A stretch of 32,000 nt of DNA from Candidatus Scalindua sp. (GTDB taxonomy: Bacteria; Planctomycetota; Brocadiia; Brocadiales; Scalinduaceae). Positions 16,739-27,321 of the stretch are shown here, piece after piece. The position numbers and the translations under genes were made by a program. The first letter of the stretch is position 1. The number at the start of each line of letters is the position of its first letter. The notes under the pieces are model-generated. The model was not told the origin of the DNA. It saw only the letters and a list, made by a program, of their open reading frames with translations, and made no database searches. The stretch spans positions 690,001 through 722,000 of the forward strand of contig JALDRA010000001.1 of the NCBI GenBank assembly GCA_031316235.1. Direction: 5' to 3'.

Positions 16739-18157
16739 TTGACTTGTGTGGTGAAAAGAAAGATAGAGTCATCCGATAACTGGAGAGCTTTATTTTATGG
16801 TTTTTTAGACACCCGATTGGATAAGATTGAGGAAGAGTACTCAATGGAAGATTTAGGAGAAATCTCAAAAGCTGTTTTCGAAGAGAGAGCGGAGATATTA
16901 GGACAACTGATTCTTGGGTTCATAGAGAGGAAATTTGGACATTTATTGAATCAGCAAAGCTGCGATTGCCCCGAATGCGGCAAGGGTATGCAAAGACAAG
17001 GAAAACAATCCAAGACTATCCAAACCCTTGCCGGACAATTTGAATTAACCAGGCCTTATTTTTATTGCAGAGCGTGTCGTTTAGGATACTATCCTTTAGA
17101 CGAAGCCCTTGGATTGTCTGAATCATCGAAGCAATATGATGTGCAAGATGTGGAAGCCTGGTTGTCAAGCGAAACGGCCTATGAGACGGCCAGCGAAACC
17201 TACGAGAGAATAACCGGAGTAAAGCTGAGTGAACATCATATGCATGAGACCACGAATGCCATTGGTCAAGAAGTGGGAATTTTGGATGTCTGCCCGCCCA
17301 GGGAAGAGATTGATAAGCAGATAGAAAACCTCTCAGTGGATAAGTTTCGTCGTCCCATTATGATGCTTGCCCTGGATGGAGCCCACGGGCCGATGCGTCC
17401 CGAGCCAAGTCCTCACCCCCGTAAAGGGAAAAGAGGCAAGGGAGAATACAAAGAGATTAAAGGTTTTAGACTGTATCTCATCGATGGTCAAACTATTATT
17501 CATTTAATTAGCTGGCACCAGGTTTGTGCAGATCACGAATTAGCAGAATACTTGGTTAAGATCAAAGAAGCCGGGCTTATTCCCCACGAGAAGATACGCC
17601 TGGGAATTATAGGAGACGGTGCTCCCTGGATCTGGAACCGATGTAAAGAAATATTTCCCTCGGCAAAAGAGATTCTCGACTATTACCATTGCTCGGAGTA
17701 TGTCCATGGTGTAGCCAATGCCCATTACGGAAAAGAGACAAGAGAGTCTCTACAGTGGTGTGAGGCGACTCTGACAAGAATATATTATGGTTACCATGAA
17801 GAGGTGCTTGGCGGTCTTGGAAAGATGAAAGCCCGAACTCAAGATATTCAAGATAAAATTGACAAGTTTTATACCTATCTCACAAATCATTGTGAAAAGA
17901 TGGATTACAGTTCCGCCAAGCGTGGAGGATATCACATTGGCAGCGGTGCTATTGAAAGCGCCAATAAATTCATTAGCCATACAAGGCTTAAACGATCAGG
18001 AGCTTGGTGGTATATCCAAAACGCTAATAACATACTCAAGATCAGATGCGCGAAATATAACGGTACTTACGATAAAGTTATCGAAAAATACAAAAGGGAC
18101 GACCAGGAAAGAATTAAAAATAAAAAATTTAAGAGAAGTCTTCGAATTGTTAAATAA
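16739..18157 (+). CDS. ISKra4-family DDE transposase
   Basis: Zn-ribbon CDCPECG...YFYCRACRLGYYPLDEALGL, then LDGAHGP, IIGDGAPWIWN and ILDYYHCSEY. Confidence 0.8.
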   Translation: MTCVVKRKIESSDNWRALFYGFLDTRLDKIEEEYSMEDLGEISKAVFEERAEILGQLILGFIERKFGHLLNQQSCDCPECGKGMQRQGKQSKTIQTLAGQFELTRPYFYCRACRLGYYPLDEALGLSESSKQYDVQDVEAWLSSETAYETASETYERITGVKLSEHHMHETTNAIGQEVGILDVCPPREEIDKQIENLSVDKFRRPIMMLALDGAHGPMRPEPSPHPRKGKRGKGEYKEIKGFRLYLIDGQTIIHLISWHQVCADHELAEYLVKIKEAGLIPHEKIRLGIIGDGAPWIWNRCKEIFPSAKEILDYYHCSEYVHGVANAHYGKETRESLQWCEATLTRIYYGYHEEVLGGLGKMKARTQDIQDKIDKFYTYLTNHCEKMDYSSAKRGGYHIGSGAIESANKFISHTRLKRSGAWWYIQNANNILKIRCAKYNGTYDKVIEKYKRDDQERIKNKKFKRSLRIVK

Positions 18158-18164
18158 ATTTTAC

Positions 18165-18192
18165 AATAAATTGGGAATGCACCCAATTTATT
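18165..18192. other. Perfect 11-bp hairpin just after the ISKra4 transposase stop (probable IS terminus or terminator)
   Basis: aataaattggg aatgca cccaatttatt. Confidence 0.4.
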
Positions 18193-18468
18193 CTATGTGC
18201 CAGGAATTAGCAGAGAACAAATTGGGTTGCCCTCCTCCGGATGAAAGTCTGAAAGAAATTAAAGAGGTCACTGAAGCATTTAATAAAGTTTCTGATAAAT
18301 TCGAATAATTTGTACAGTCATAACACAGCTAATCAACCGACGTAATAAGCCACGCGGTTGATTAGCAGCGAAATGATTCATATCACCCTTATAAAACTCA
18401 ACTTTGTTTTCGTCATCACTTCAGACCCTCTGGTAGCCTCCAATTGTATCCTAAATTGGAGAAAAAAG

Positions 18469-19971
18469 TTAATAACTATGTAATGTTTCTTCCTGAATGC
18501 CAAAAGCATCAAAAATAATTTTCTGCCTTTTAGATAATTCGCTGAGAATTGGATCGTTTTTCTCTATATGAGTAATCTTTAATTTCTTGAGTTCGGCAAA
18601 TAATTCTTTTACCGTGTATTTGTTAAATAACTTTTTTTTCTTCATAACTCTTGATGCTTCCGCATAGATAATTAACGCAACAAATTTTATAAATAAGCGG
18701 CCGTCGGTATTATATTGACTATGTGCTCGCAACCTATCTCCATTCATTTCATTTTTGAATATATCAAACATTTTTTCAACCTGATCTTTTTGGCGATAAA
18801 GATTTAATACTTCAACTTTATCCATTTGTTGTCTGTTTGTTAGTAACACAAAACTCCCCATTTTATAAAGAAATGATTTCACCTTTTTTACATTTTTTTC
18901 TATCCGCAATGTCGTTTTATTCCATTTGAAATACTCTCTATACTTTTCGGGAATATTTAATTTCCTATATTTCAGGTATTCCTTAAGCGCTTTAAATTTT
19001 TTATCCTTAAACGTCTCTTCATATTCGAATAATACTGAGAAAAAACGGTGTTTCTGTTCTACTTCAGATTTTTCATTGAAAAACATATGTGCGTCAAATT
19101 TATTTCCATCAAATTCAAAATGGCTTTGTTGGTAATGCAGTATCTCTTCGTTGAATTTAAAGGCGCTTGAAAGATCTGACAACAATCGTTTATTCTTTTT
19201 TATTAAAGTCTTTACTTTTTTTAAGCTAAAAGGTAGTGGCTGTACGAACGACACTTTGCTTTTACTGTTATTCATTTCCAATACATTTGCTTTGCTAAAG
19301 AAACCTCTATCAAGCACAAATAAAATATCTTTTAGATTGAACACTTTTAAATACTCAACGCAGTTCTTTAAGGTGGTAACATCTACAATGCTTCCAGGGT
19401 ATAAATTGTAATAAATGGGCAAAGAGTGATTGTGACAAAATGTTACTCCCATATTTAATTGAGGCAGATTTTCTTTATCACGATTATAGCCCCATTCTAT
19501 AAAATCAACGTTTGTAGAGTAGCTGGAAATAGAAGTTATATCGTAAAATATCCCGCTGATGGGTTTTAAATGTTCTATCCATTTTTGAACAAACTCTACC
19601 CTTTGTGTTTGCGATCTTCCCAAAATATCACACAGCTTTGATATCTCAGGAGAATACATCTTTTTGACTCTTGGCAAATTATGTTCATCAAGCCAATAAG
19701 GAAAAAGATACAAGGCCGAGGCCTCAATAATTTCATAAAATGCTAATGCTAATATCTCTTGGTAGTTGCCAGGAAAGAGAGATTTTAAAATCTCCGTCAA
19801 TCCAAGCTTGTCTGATAAAAATCTTAGCAAAAAGACATTACCGTATCCTTTTGAGACCAAGCTGGAATGGATTTGCTTGGTTTTTCCCTTATTAGCGTTC
19901 CGTTTTGGACCGATATAAGTTCTTCGTTGACGTGGTTGCTTTTTTGCTTTATCCCAGTAACTTTCTACCAC
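18469..19971 (-). CDS. IS1634-family (IS4-like) DDE transposase, N-terminus degenerate
   Basis: VVESYWDKAKKQPRQRRTYIG, LDRGFFSKANV and VLLTN motifs. The frame stays open to 20043 with no canonical start upstream of the GTG at 19971. Confidence 0.8.
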   Translation of the reverse strand: MVESYWDKAKKQPRQRRTYIGPKRNANKGKTKQIHSSLVSKGYGNVFLLRFLSDKLGLTEILKSLFPGNYQEILALAFYEIIEASALYLFPYWLDEHNLPRVKKMYSPEISKLCDILGRSQTQRVEFVQKWIEHLKPISGIFYDITSISSYSTNVDFIEWGYNRDKENLPQLNMGVTFCHNHSLPIYYNLYPGSIVDVTTLKNCVEYLKVFNLKDILFVLDRGFFSKANVLEMNNSKSKVSFVQPLPFSLKKVKTLIKKNKRLLSDLSSAFKFNEEILHYQQSHFEFDGNKFDAHMFFNEKSEVEQKHRFFSVLFEYEETFKDKKFKALKEYLKYRKLNIPEKYREYFKWNKTTLRIEKNVKKVKSFLYKMGSFVLLTNRQQMDKVEVLNLYRQKDQVEKMFDIFKNEMNGDRLRAHSQYNTDGRLFIKFVALIIYAEASRVMKKKKLFNKYTVKELFAELKKLKITHIEKNDPILSELSKRQKIIFDAFGIQEETLHSY

Positions 19972-20045
19972 TACAGCGACATTTTTTTCTTGCGCCTTTT
20001 GAGCGAATCGGTTAAACTCGTACCCATAGAGTGCAGGAGGACTTT

Positions 20046-21677
20046 ATGGGTAAGCCACCTGAAGGCCGCAGGCTTGTCATTCGAGGCCGGGAAATAAGCG
20101 AAGCGGATATAGCCGTTGTACGTGGTTTGATAGAGCACTATGGCAACCGAGGCCGGGTATATATCTCTATCAAGTTGTCAGAACATTGGCAATGGAAACA
20201 AGCTAACGGACATCTAAAAGATCGTGCATGCCGTAGTATACTGCAATCGTTGTCCGAGAGAGGGCTTATCCAACTGCCTGCTTCCAAAAGGGCACCATCA
20301 TGCAAAAACGAACGTCCGTTAGAACATGTGAGGTTGGATACCACAGAAATCAAGGGAAACATAAAGGTGTTTCTTCCGTTAAAGATAAAGAGCGTAACGG
20401 ATAAAGAAAGTGGCCGCATATGGAAGTACGTCAATAGAAGATATCACTATTTGGGCTATCGAGTATTAGTAGGGCAGAACATAAGGTATTTAATATACAG
20501 CTCTGATCGATTAGTGGCGGCACTGGGCTGGCAATCCGCAGTAGAGCGGTTATATTGCAGGGACATTATCATAGGCTGGAATGTGCAGGAGCGCAGAAAG
20601 GCTTTAGACAAAGTACTAAACAATAGTCGCTTTCTGATCATGCCATGGGTAGAGGTAAAAAATATTGCATCACATATTTTATCACGAGTTGTCCGACAAT
20701 TGCAGAAAGATTGGGTAGAGAAGTATGGCACCCGATTATTATTTCTGGAAACATTTATCGATCCATCAAAATTTTCAGGAACGTGTTATCAGGCAGCTAA
20801 CTGGGTAAAAATTGGCAACACGAAGGGCTATCGTAAAAAGCAGAAAGGATTTATATACCATGGAAACAGCAAGGAGGTTTATTTTTATGTATTAGATCCA
20901 CAAGGCAGACAAAAGATTAAACAAGACAAAACAGAACCATTACTTACCCGAAAGTATCTCCTTTCAAACAGACCTTACAGCAATCTGCCATTGGAAAGGA
21001 GAAGCAGTATGATAGTACGTCCCCCGGACTGGAGTCCTGAAGTAGAACCCGGAGTTGAATTGAGTGCAAGCGATATCGGAAAGCTTGCAACAGAGTTGGA
21101 GAAGTATCACGCATTGTTTGAGGAGGGATTCAGACGGAAAGAGCAGAAAGATTTGAGCTTGTGCTATTTGCAGGGTTTATTAAGTAAGCTTGATCGTAAA
21201 TCGATAGAGCCAATAGCACTTCGACTCCGAGGTAAAGATACAGTACGAAGCTTGCAACGGTTCATGGGAGAGTACAAGTGGGATGGAGAGTTTATCGCTT
21301 CACGGCACAAAGAGGAGCTCTCAAAACTATTGTCCGAAGCTGATGGAGTACTCAGTGTTGATAGTAGCGAAGTGGTGAAAAAAGGAAAGGAATCGGTGGG
21401 AGTAGCTCGCCAATATTGTGGCCGTCTTGGTAAAATAGAAAATTGTCAGTCTGGAGTGTATGTGGCATATACGAGTACGAAGGGGTATGGATTGATAGAC
21501 CGCCGGCTGTATGTGCCTGAAAAGTGGTTTGACCCTGAGTATAAAGAGAGACGTGAAAGATGCAAAGTGCCTAAAAATTTGGTATTCAAGAAGAAACCGG
21601 AACTTGCCGTTGAGATGATTGCTGAATTGAGTAAGAGCGGGCTGTTCCCATTTCGTTGGATAACGTGTGATAGTACA
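20046..21677 (+). pseudogene. DUF4338 (DruA-like) domain fused in frame to an IS701-type DDE transposase; truncated by insertion of Y1-element copy 2
   Basis: RYHYLGYR..GQNIRYL, NNSRFLIMPWVEVKNIASHIL and ETFIDPSKFSGTCYQAANW recall DUF4338. LCYLQGLL..RKSIEPIA and ARQYCGRLGKIENCQSG recall IS701. The homology ends at WITCDS, where the element terminus gggaatagggtcagacc begins. The ATG at 20046 follows aggagg. Confidence 0.7.
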
Positions 21678-22538
21678 CAGGGAATAGGGTCAGACCTTGA
21701 ATGTAGAATATGTTTGACAAGCAGGAGTATTAGATTAATATTATGCACTATGGCACGGCCCTGGAGAATACAATATGAAGGTGCAATTTATCACGTCATG
21801 TCGAGAGGAGTAGGCGGAGGAGAGATTTTTCTTACCAATGACGATTATTCAAGATTTTTGGAATATATGGCAAGCGCCAGAGAAAAGTTTAATTTAGATC
21901 TATTTGCATTTGTCTTGATGGCTAATCATTACCATATTCTTTTAAGAACGAATGATGCAAATCTTTCAAGGGCCATGCAATGGATACAGACCGCCTATAG
22001 CATTTATTACAATCGCAATCATAATCGCTGTGGACATCTTTTTCAGGGAAGATATAAGAGCGTTCTTGTCGAAAATGAATCTTACTGGCACATTTTAAGT
22101 TTATATATACATTTGAATCCCATACGAGCCGGCATGGTTGAAAAGCTGGAAGAGTATAATTGGAGCAGTTATCATGATTATGTTAACGTCAGGAAAAGAA
22201 ATAAGTGGGTAAACAGCGAAGCTGTTTTAGAGGGGATATGTAGTGACAAACAAGAATCCAGGAGGGAATATAGAAAATTGATCCGGAAAGCATCCGGTAG
22301 AGAAAATGACTTTAAAGAAAAAGGCATATACCATTTGAAGCCAGAGATGTAAGTATGTATATATTGAAGACGTATACAGGGCTATCAAATAAAGTAATAG
22401 GAGAGATGTTTGGAGTAAGTATAAGTGCAGTAAATAAAGCAGCAATACGTATAAATAAGCAGAGTAAAACAAGTAAGGCCTTCAGAAGGAAATTAGAGGA
22501 GATTACGCATTCTGCTTTCAAGGTCTGACCTTGGATTT
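21678..22538 (+). mobile_element. Y1/HUH-transposase element, copy 2 (internal deletion of about 230 bp)
   Basis: Termini agggtcagaccttgaa (21686-21701) and ttcaaggtctgacctt (22517-22532). The right flank has tandem ccttggattta x2. Confidence 0.7.
21750..22352 (+). pseudogene. Y1 transposase, N-terminal domain intact, middle deleted, HTH out of frame
   Basis: MARPWRIQYEGAIYHVMSRG...ANHYHILL...QGRYKS. The junction gaaaatgactt|taaagaaaaaggcatatacc skips the LEDIKYG...LLQRK segment present in copies 1 and 4. It is read as part of the 773-aa chimeric ORF in the track. Confidence 0.75.
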
Positions 22539-22663
22539 ACCTTGGATTTATGTGGTCTCTGTCAAAACAAGGAATCAGTCGATAGCCACTTAATCCCAAA
22601 GGCTACCTATCGGACTGTAGCTGCTAAATCCAAATCTAATAACCCAGTTTTGACTTTAGGTTA

Positions 22664-24118
22664 ATGAATTTTTCAAATACTTACGCATGTTTGAATGAAG
22701 TTTTTTACGAGAAAACACGTCCTACACGTGTTCTGGACCCACACCTTTTTTTGTGGAATTCCAGCTTAGCTGAACAGCTAATGATTCCAGATGAACTGAA
22801 AAATGACCCGGTTGCTTTGGCACAAGTTTTCTCAGGAAACCACATTATGCCCGGATCAGAACCCATTGCAACTGTCTATGCAGGACACCAGTTTGGCAAC
22901 TTTGTTCCCCAACTTGGAGACGGAAGAGCACATCTACTCGGAGAAGTGCTCGATCGATTCGGTCAAAGGTGGGACATTCAACTGAAAGGTTCCGGTCCGA
23001 CCTTATTTTCCAGAGGAATGGATGGCCGTTGTGCTATTGGCCCAGCTGTTCGAGAGTTCATAATGAGTGAGGCCATGAGTGCTTTAGGTGTTCCGACAAC
23101 GCGTTGTTTGGCAGTTGTCACTACGGGTGAACCGGTTTTCCGTGAAACTCCATTACCAGAAGCTATCGTGACACGAGTTGCTTCAAGTCATTTGCGTATT
23201 GGTACTTTTCAGTTCTTTGCGGCTCAAGGTGATCATCAAGCCCTCAAGACTCTGTGTAGTTATACGATTGAACGTCACTATCCAGAGTTGCAGGAAGAGG
23301 GACCGAATCAATATATTCTGTTTATCGATAAGGTTATCGAAAGAGTGATTCAACTTGTCGTTGAGTGGATGAGGGTCGGGTTTATTCACGGTGTCATGAA
23401 TACGGACAACATATCTATTTCCGGAGAAACCATCGACTATGGCCCTTGTGCCATGATGGGGACCTATGATCCGCAGACCGTTTATAGTTCGATTGATACT
23501 ATGGGACGATATGCTTTTGGCAAACAGCCTGGAATTGCACAATGGAACATAGAACGATTCATCGAATGTCTGTTACCACTCATTAACGCTGACACGAATA
23601 AAGCAATAGATCGGGTCGGACCTATTATTACAGAGTTTCCTAACCGGTTTGAGCAAGTATATATGAAAATGATAGGAAAGAAGCTTGGACTGGCATCTTT
23701 TCAACAAGAGGATCAGAAACTTATATTTTCTATTCTGGACCAACTCAAGAAGAGGAGGTTAGACTATACTGTCACTTTCGATCTCTTGACAAAATCATTG
23801 ATGTCTGAAGCTGCAACTTCTCAGATGAAGAGTGAACTAGGGGAGTGTTTTGACTTTTGGAAAAAGCGATTAAACGAGCAAGACGCAACTTCTCAAGAGG
23901 TGCAAGAACTTATGAGAAAACACAATCCTGTGGTAATCCCGAGGAACCATCATGTCGAAGCAGTAATTCAAGAGTGTGAGCAGACCGGTGATGTTACGTT
24001 GGTCAAGAAATTTCTCAAAGTACTTCGATCTCCTTATGAAGAGCTGGAACAAACATCCCAGTATCAAGACTTGCCGAGTGATGGCGATAAGGATTATCAA
24101 ACTTTCTGTGGAACATGA
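22664..24118 (+). CDS. selO: Protein adenylyltransferase SelO (YdiU/UPF0061 pseudokinase-fold AMPylase)
   Basis: [42 protein letters not shown] and [22 protein letters not shown] are hallmark SelO motifs. Confidence 0.9.
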   Translation: MNFSNTYACLNEVFYEKTRPTRVLDPHLFLWNSSLAEQLMIPDELKNDPVALAQVFSGNHIMPGSEPIATVYAGHQFGNFVPQLGDGRAHLLGEVLDRFGQRWDIQLKGSGPTLFSRGMDGRCAIGPAVREFIMSEAMSALGVPTTRCLAVVTTGEPVFRETPLPEAIVTRVASSHLRIGTFQFFAAQGDHQALKTLCSYTIERHYPELQEEGPNQYILFIDKVIERVIQLVVEWMRVGFIHGVMNTDNISISGETIDYGPCAMMGTYDPQTVYSSIDTMGRYAFGKQPGIAQWNIERFIECLLPLINADTNKAIDRVGPIITEFPNRFEQVYMKMIGKKLGLASFQQEDQKLIFSILDQLKKRRLDYTVTFDLLTKSLMSEAATSQMKSELGECFDFWKKRLNEQDATSQEVQELMRKHNPVVIPRNHHVEAVIQECEQTGDVTLVKKFLKVLRSPYEELEQTSQYQDLPSDGDKDYQTFCGT

Positions 24119-24197
24119 AACACATCTTTTTTTTTACACTTGCTGCAGAGTTCCAAGCACCTCATTCAAACGTTAGCCATTAATAAATGAGTTGAAT

Positions 24198-24626
24198 ATG
24201 ATTTTTCATAAACTTGACAAACATCGTGATAAAGGCCTTCTCATTTTGAGGGTTGGCATTGGTATAATGTTTATGTGTCATGGTTTTCCTAAACTAACAG
24301 CAGGGCAGGAAGTATGGACAAAGCTTGGTGGAGCATTATCAGCCGTGGGTATAAACTTTGCTCCTGCTTTTATGGGTTTTATGGCAGCTATCTCTGAATT
24401 TGGAGGTGGTTTATTGCTAGTGCTGGGGCTATTTACGCGCCCTGCGTGCTTATTTTTGTTAAGCACAATGGTTGTAGCCACGCTAATGCATGTAAAAAAT
24501 GGTGATCCATTTATAAAGTACTCTCATGCCCTTGAGTCAGCTATCCTTTTTTTCAGTCTTTTGTTTATTGGTCCTGGTAAAATTTCATTAGATGAGAAAT
24601 TATTTAAAAACAAAGAAAATACCTAA
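24198..24626 (+). CDS. DoxX-family membrane protein
   Basis: LLILRVGIGIMFMCHGFPKL plus three further TM segments. ATG at 24198 preferred over TTG at 24192. Confidence 0.75.
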   Translation: MIFHKLDKHRDKGLLILRVGIGIMFMCHGFPKLTAGQEVWTKLGGALSAVGINFAPAFMGFMAAISEFGGGLLLVLGLFTRPACLFLLSTMVVATLMHVKNGDPFIKYSHALESAILFFSLLFIGPGKISLDEKLFKNKENT

Positions 24627-24704
24627 CGAATGAATGAAGCGGACAAGCAATGCTTGCCACTCATCTTAACGTTCGGTAGAGATAAATACAAAAGGACATG
24701 TAGC

Positions 24705-24881
24705 ATGAGTAAATCTACTAAAATAGAAGAACTAACATCACATGAAGTGAGCCAACTGCTTACTAATAAGAAATTTTCTAAGTTGAAACCTTCAAGCTGC
24801 AATCTATGTGGAGAAAAAAAAGGGTTTTTAAGAAGAATATTTGAGGTCTACGGAGTGGCTTGGTTTAGCGGTAATTGTTAA
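24705..24881 (+). CDS. Possible small hypothetical protein (58 aa)
   Basis: Internal ATG of ORF 24630..24881, preceded by aaagga. No motif recognised; may be spurious. Confidence 0.25.
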   Translation: MSKSTKIEELTSHEVSQLLTNKKFSKLKPSSCNLCGEKKGFLRRIFEVYGVAWFSGNC

Positions 24882-24919
24882 GCGTCACAGCTTGTCAGGG
24901 ACAATCAAAAACAAAAAAT

Positions 24920-25855
24920 ATGAATAACGAAACATCAAAAAACAATCCGCTTCTATGCGACCCTGAAACGGGAATTTGCGAAATTCCAAGCAATGAAGCA
25001 AAAGATTCAACCGCTAAAATTGTTCAATCTACCGAGAAACGAGTACGGGTGGTTTACTTTACCGACCCAATTTGTTCAGCTTGTTGGGGTATTGAGCCAC
25101 AATTGAGAAAACTGAAATTAGAATATGGACAACATATTGACATTGAATACAGAATGGGCGGCTTGTTGCCCGATTGGAATTACAATAGTGGCGGAATTAG
25201 CAAACCATCAGATGTAGCTCAACATTGGGACGAAGTGAGTATTCACTATGATATGCCCATAGATGGTGATGTATGGTTTGAAGACCCGCTCAATTCGTCT
25301 TATCCACCTTCTATCGCTTTTAAGGCAGCACAATTACAAGACGAAAACAAAGCCTTCTTGTTTATGAGAGAAATTCGTGAAATGGTGTTTTTGAAGAAGA
25401 AAAATATTGCCAAATGGGAGCATTTGGCAACTGCTGCTAAAAATGTAGGACTTAATGTTGAGCAATTGAAAACTGATTATGAAGGAAAGGCAAAAACACT
25501 ATTTGAAGAAGATTTAAGAATAGCCAGAGAATTCGGTGTAAGAGGATTTCCAACTATTTTCTTTCTAGATAATGCTGGTAATAAAGAGATAGTTTATGGA
25601 TCAAAACCTTATGCTTTTTACGAAACAGCCATTTTAAAACTTAATTCTACTATTACGAAAAGTGAATACAGTAAAAATTGGGAAACACTCTTCTCAAAAT
25701 ATCATTCGCTCACAGCAAAAGAGTTTTCTGAACTTTCAGGAACACCAAGAAACGAAAGTGAAAATTTATTGAATGGGCTTTCCGACAATGGAACATTGGA
25801 AAAATTGACAACAAAGAATGGAGCAATTTGGAAACGAAAGAATACCAGCCGCTAA
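24920..25855 (+). CDS. DsbA-family thioredoxin-fold protein (YjbH/SpxH-like architecture)
   Basis: VVYFTDPICSACWGIEPQL (CxxC) and GVRGFPTIFF motifs. Start moved to MNNETSK. Confidence 0.75.
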   Translation: MNNETSKNNPLLCDPETGICEIPSNEAKDSTAKIVQSTEKRVRVVYFTDPICSACWGIEPQLRKLKLEYGQHIDIEYRMGGLLPDWNYNSGGISKPSDVAQHWDEVSIHYDMPIDGDVWFEDPLNSSYPPSIAFKAAQLQDENKAFLFMREIREMVFLKKKNIAKWEHLATAAKNVGLNVEQLKTDYEGKAKTLFEEDLRIAREFGVRGFPTIFFLDNAGNKEIVYGSKPYAFYETAILKLNSTITKSEYSKNWETLFSKYHSLTAKEFSELSGTPRNESENLLNGLSDNGTLEKLTTKNGAIWKRKNTSR

Positions 25856-25933
25856 CAATGTATAAAAATATTAGCAGCTTTGGTGCGTAATCAAAGTCGT
25901 TTTTCTTATATTTACAACGGTTCTAATCGGAAA

Positions 25934-26217
25934 CATCCAGAAGGGAATATAGAAAGTTGATCCGGAAAGCATCCGGCAGAGAAAATGACTACAAAGAAAA
26001 AGGCATATACCATTTGAAGCCAGAGATGTAAGTATGTATATATTGAAGACGTATACAGGGCGATCAAATAGAGCAATAGGAGAGATGTTTGGAGTAAGTA
26101 TAAGTGCAGTAAATAAAGCAGCAATACGTATAAATAAGCAAAGTAAAACAAGTAAAGCCTTTAGAAGGAAATTAGAGGAGATTACGCATTCTACTTTCAA
26201 GGTCTGACCCTGGATTT
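25934..26217 (+). mobile_element. Y1-element copy 3: 5'-truncated fragment sharing the internal deletion of copy 2
   Basis: Similarity starts near atccagaagggaatatagaaa. The junction aatgact|acaaagaaaaagg is at the same site as in copy 2. Ends ttcaaggtctgaccctggatttt. Confidence 0.65.
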
Positions 26218-26220
26218 TCA

Positions 26221-26796
26221 TTGGAGTAGCTATCATGATTATGTTAACGTCAGGAAAAGAAATAAGTGGGTAAACAGCGAAGCTGTTTTAGAGGGGATAT
26301 GTAGTGACAAACAAGAATCCAGGAGGGAATATAGAAAATTGATTCGGAAAGCATCCGGCAGAGAAAATGACTTCCTTGAAGACATAAAGTATGGAATGAT
26401 TTTGGGAAGCGATAAGTTTGTGGAGTGGGTGCAAAGGAAGTTTATAGACCGAACGGAGAAAGAAGATGCTGACTTACCACAAAAAAAGAGAATAAGTGAT
26501 GATGGTGTGATCGAAAAGGTAATAGAAGAGATAATACATAATTATAAAATAGACAAGACCACACTACTACAAAGAAAAAGGCATATACCATTTGAAGCCA
26601 GAGATGTAAGTATGTATATATTGAAGACGTATACAGGGCTATCAAATAAAGCAATAGGAGAGATGTTTGGAGTAAGTATAAGTGCAGTAAATAAAGCAGC
26701 AATACGTATAAATAAGCAAAGTAAAACAAGTAAGGCCTTTAGAAGGAAATTAGAGGAGATTACGCATTCTGCTTTCAAGGTCTGACCCTGGATTTA
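26221..26796 (+). mobile_element. Y1-element copy 4: 5'-truncated, undeleted 3' half, abutting copy 3
   Basis: Starts mid-gene at ttggagtagctatcatg (equivalent to 13538 of copy 1). ORF 26339..26785 encodes the intact DnaA_C-like HTH tail (RKRHIPFEARDVSMYILKTYTGLSNKAIGEMFGVSISAVNKA). Tandem ctggattta x2 at the end. Confidence 0.65.
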
Positions 26797-27030
26797 CTGG
26801 ATTTATCAGGAGAGAGGCTAAAGTATTAGAGGATTTCAGTACAGACCAAGCCGAGGATAGTAACCGTATTGATAACTAAAACATCAAGCCACTGCATAAA
26901 TGAGAAGAGCGTGAGTGGAAGTAATATAGGCTGCGAATACGATGTTTTCTGGTGACCAGGAGTGCAAAAGTGAGATAGGGTGAAAATATAGTGAAATTAG
27001 TATTCGACAGTAAATTTTTATTATTTGTGC

Positions 27031-27195
27031 AACATTGTCCGGTTAGGTTTTTGCGTAGGCGGCTTTTGTCATACCCGAACGCCTTTATCGGGTATCCAGA
27101 GACCCGTTTCATCATAGATTCCCGCTAAAAACATGCGGGAATGACAGTTTTGGGACAATAAAGTAAATACGCAAAAACCTAACCGGACACTACTG
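27031..27195. repeat. MITE family 2, copy 1, with about 11-bp target-site duplication
   Basis: Near-perfect TIRs (19 of 21 positions) gtccggttaggtttttgcgta / tacgcaaaaacctaaccggac. Internal cccgctaaaaacatgcggg hairpin. attatttgtgc flanks both sides (27020-27030 and 27196-27206). Confidence 0.8.
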
Positions 27196-27321
27196 ATTAT
27201 TTGTGCAACTTCTTGTTTTTTAACTGACTTTTGTCACTGTTTGTTATGAAAAACACATCCTGTAATCCATTCGCTATTTTTCACTTGTTTGTTAGAATCT
27301 TTTTGAATAAAATTACATCCT

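Noticed and set aside
17859-18157. The 5' part of ORF 17859..18308, which overlaps the ISKra4 transposase in another frame
   Set aside because: The overlap region is explained by the transposase frame, which has strong motifs. Only the last ~38 codons, beyond the IS hairpin, are kept as a possible orphan gene fragment (see findings).
20031-22352. The 773-aa ORF taken as one protein
   Set aside because: It is a chimera. The DUF4338-IS701 reading frame happens to stay open through the inserted element terminus into the Y1 transposase ATG at 21750. The junction coincides exactly with the element end gggaatagggtcagacc.
26876-27115. Minus-strand 79-aa ORF, and also 30559..30741(+) and 30692..30886(-)
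   Set aside because: They lie within family-2 and family-1 MITE sequence, so they are repeat-derived pseudo-ORFs.
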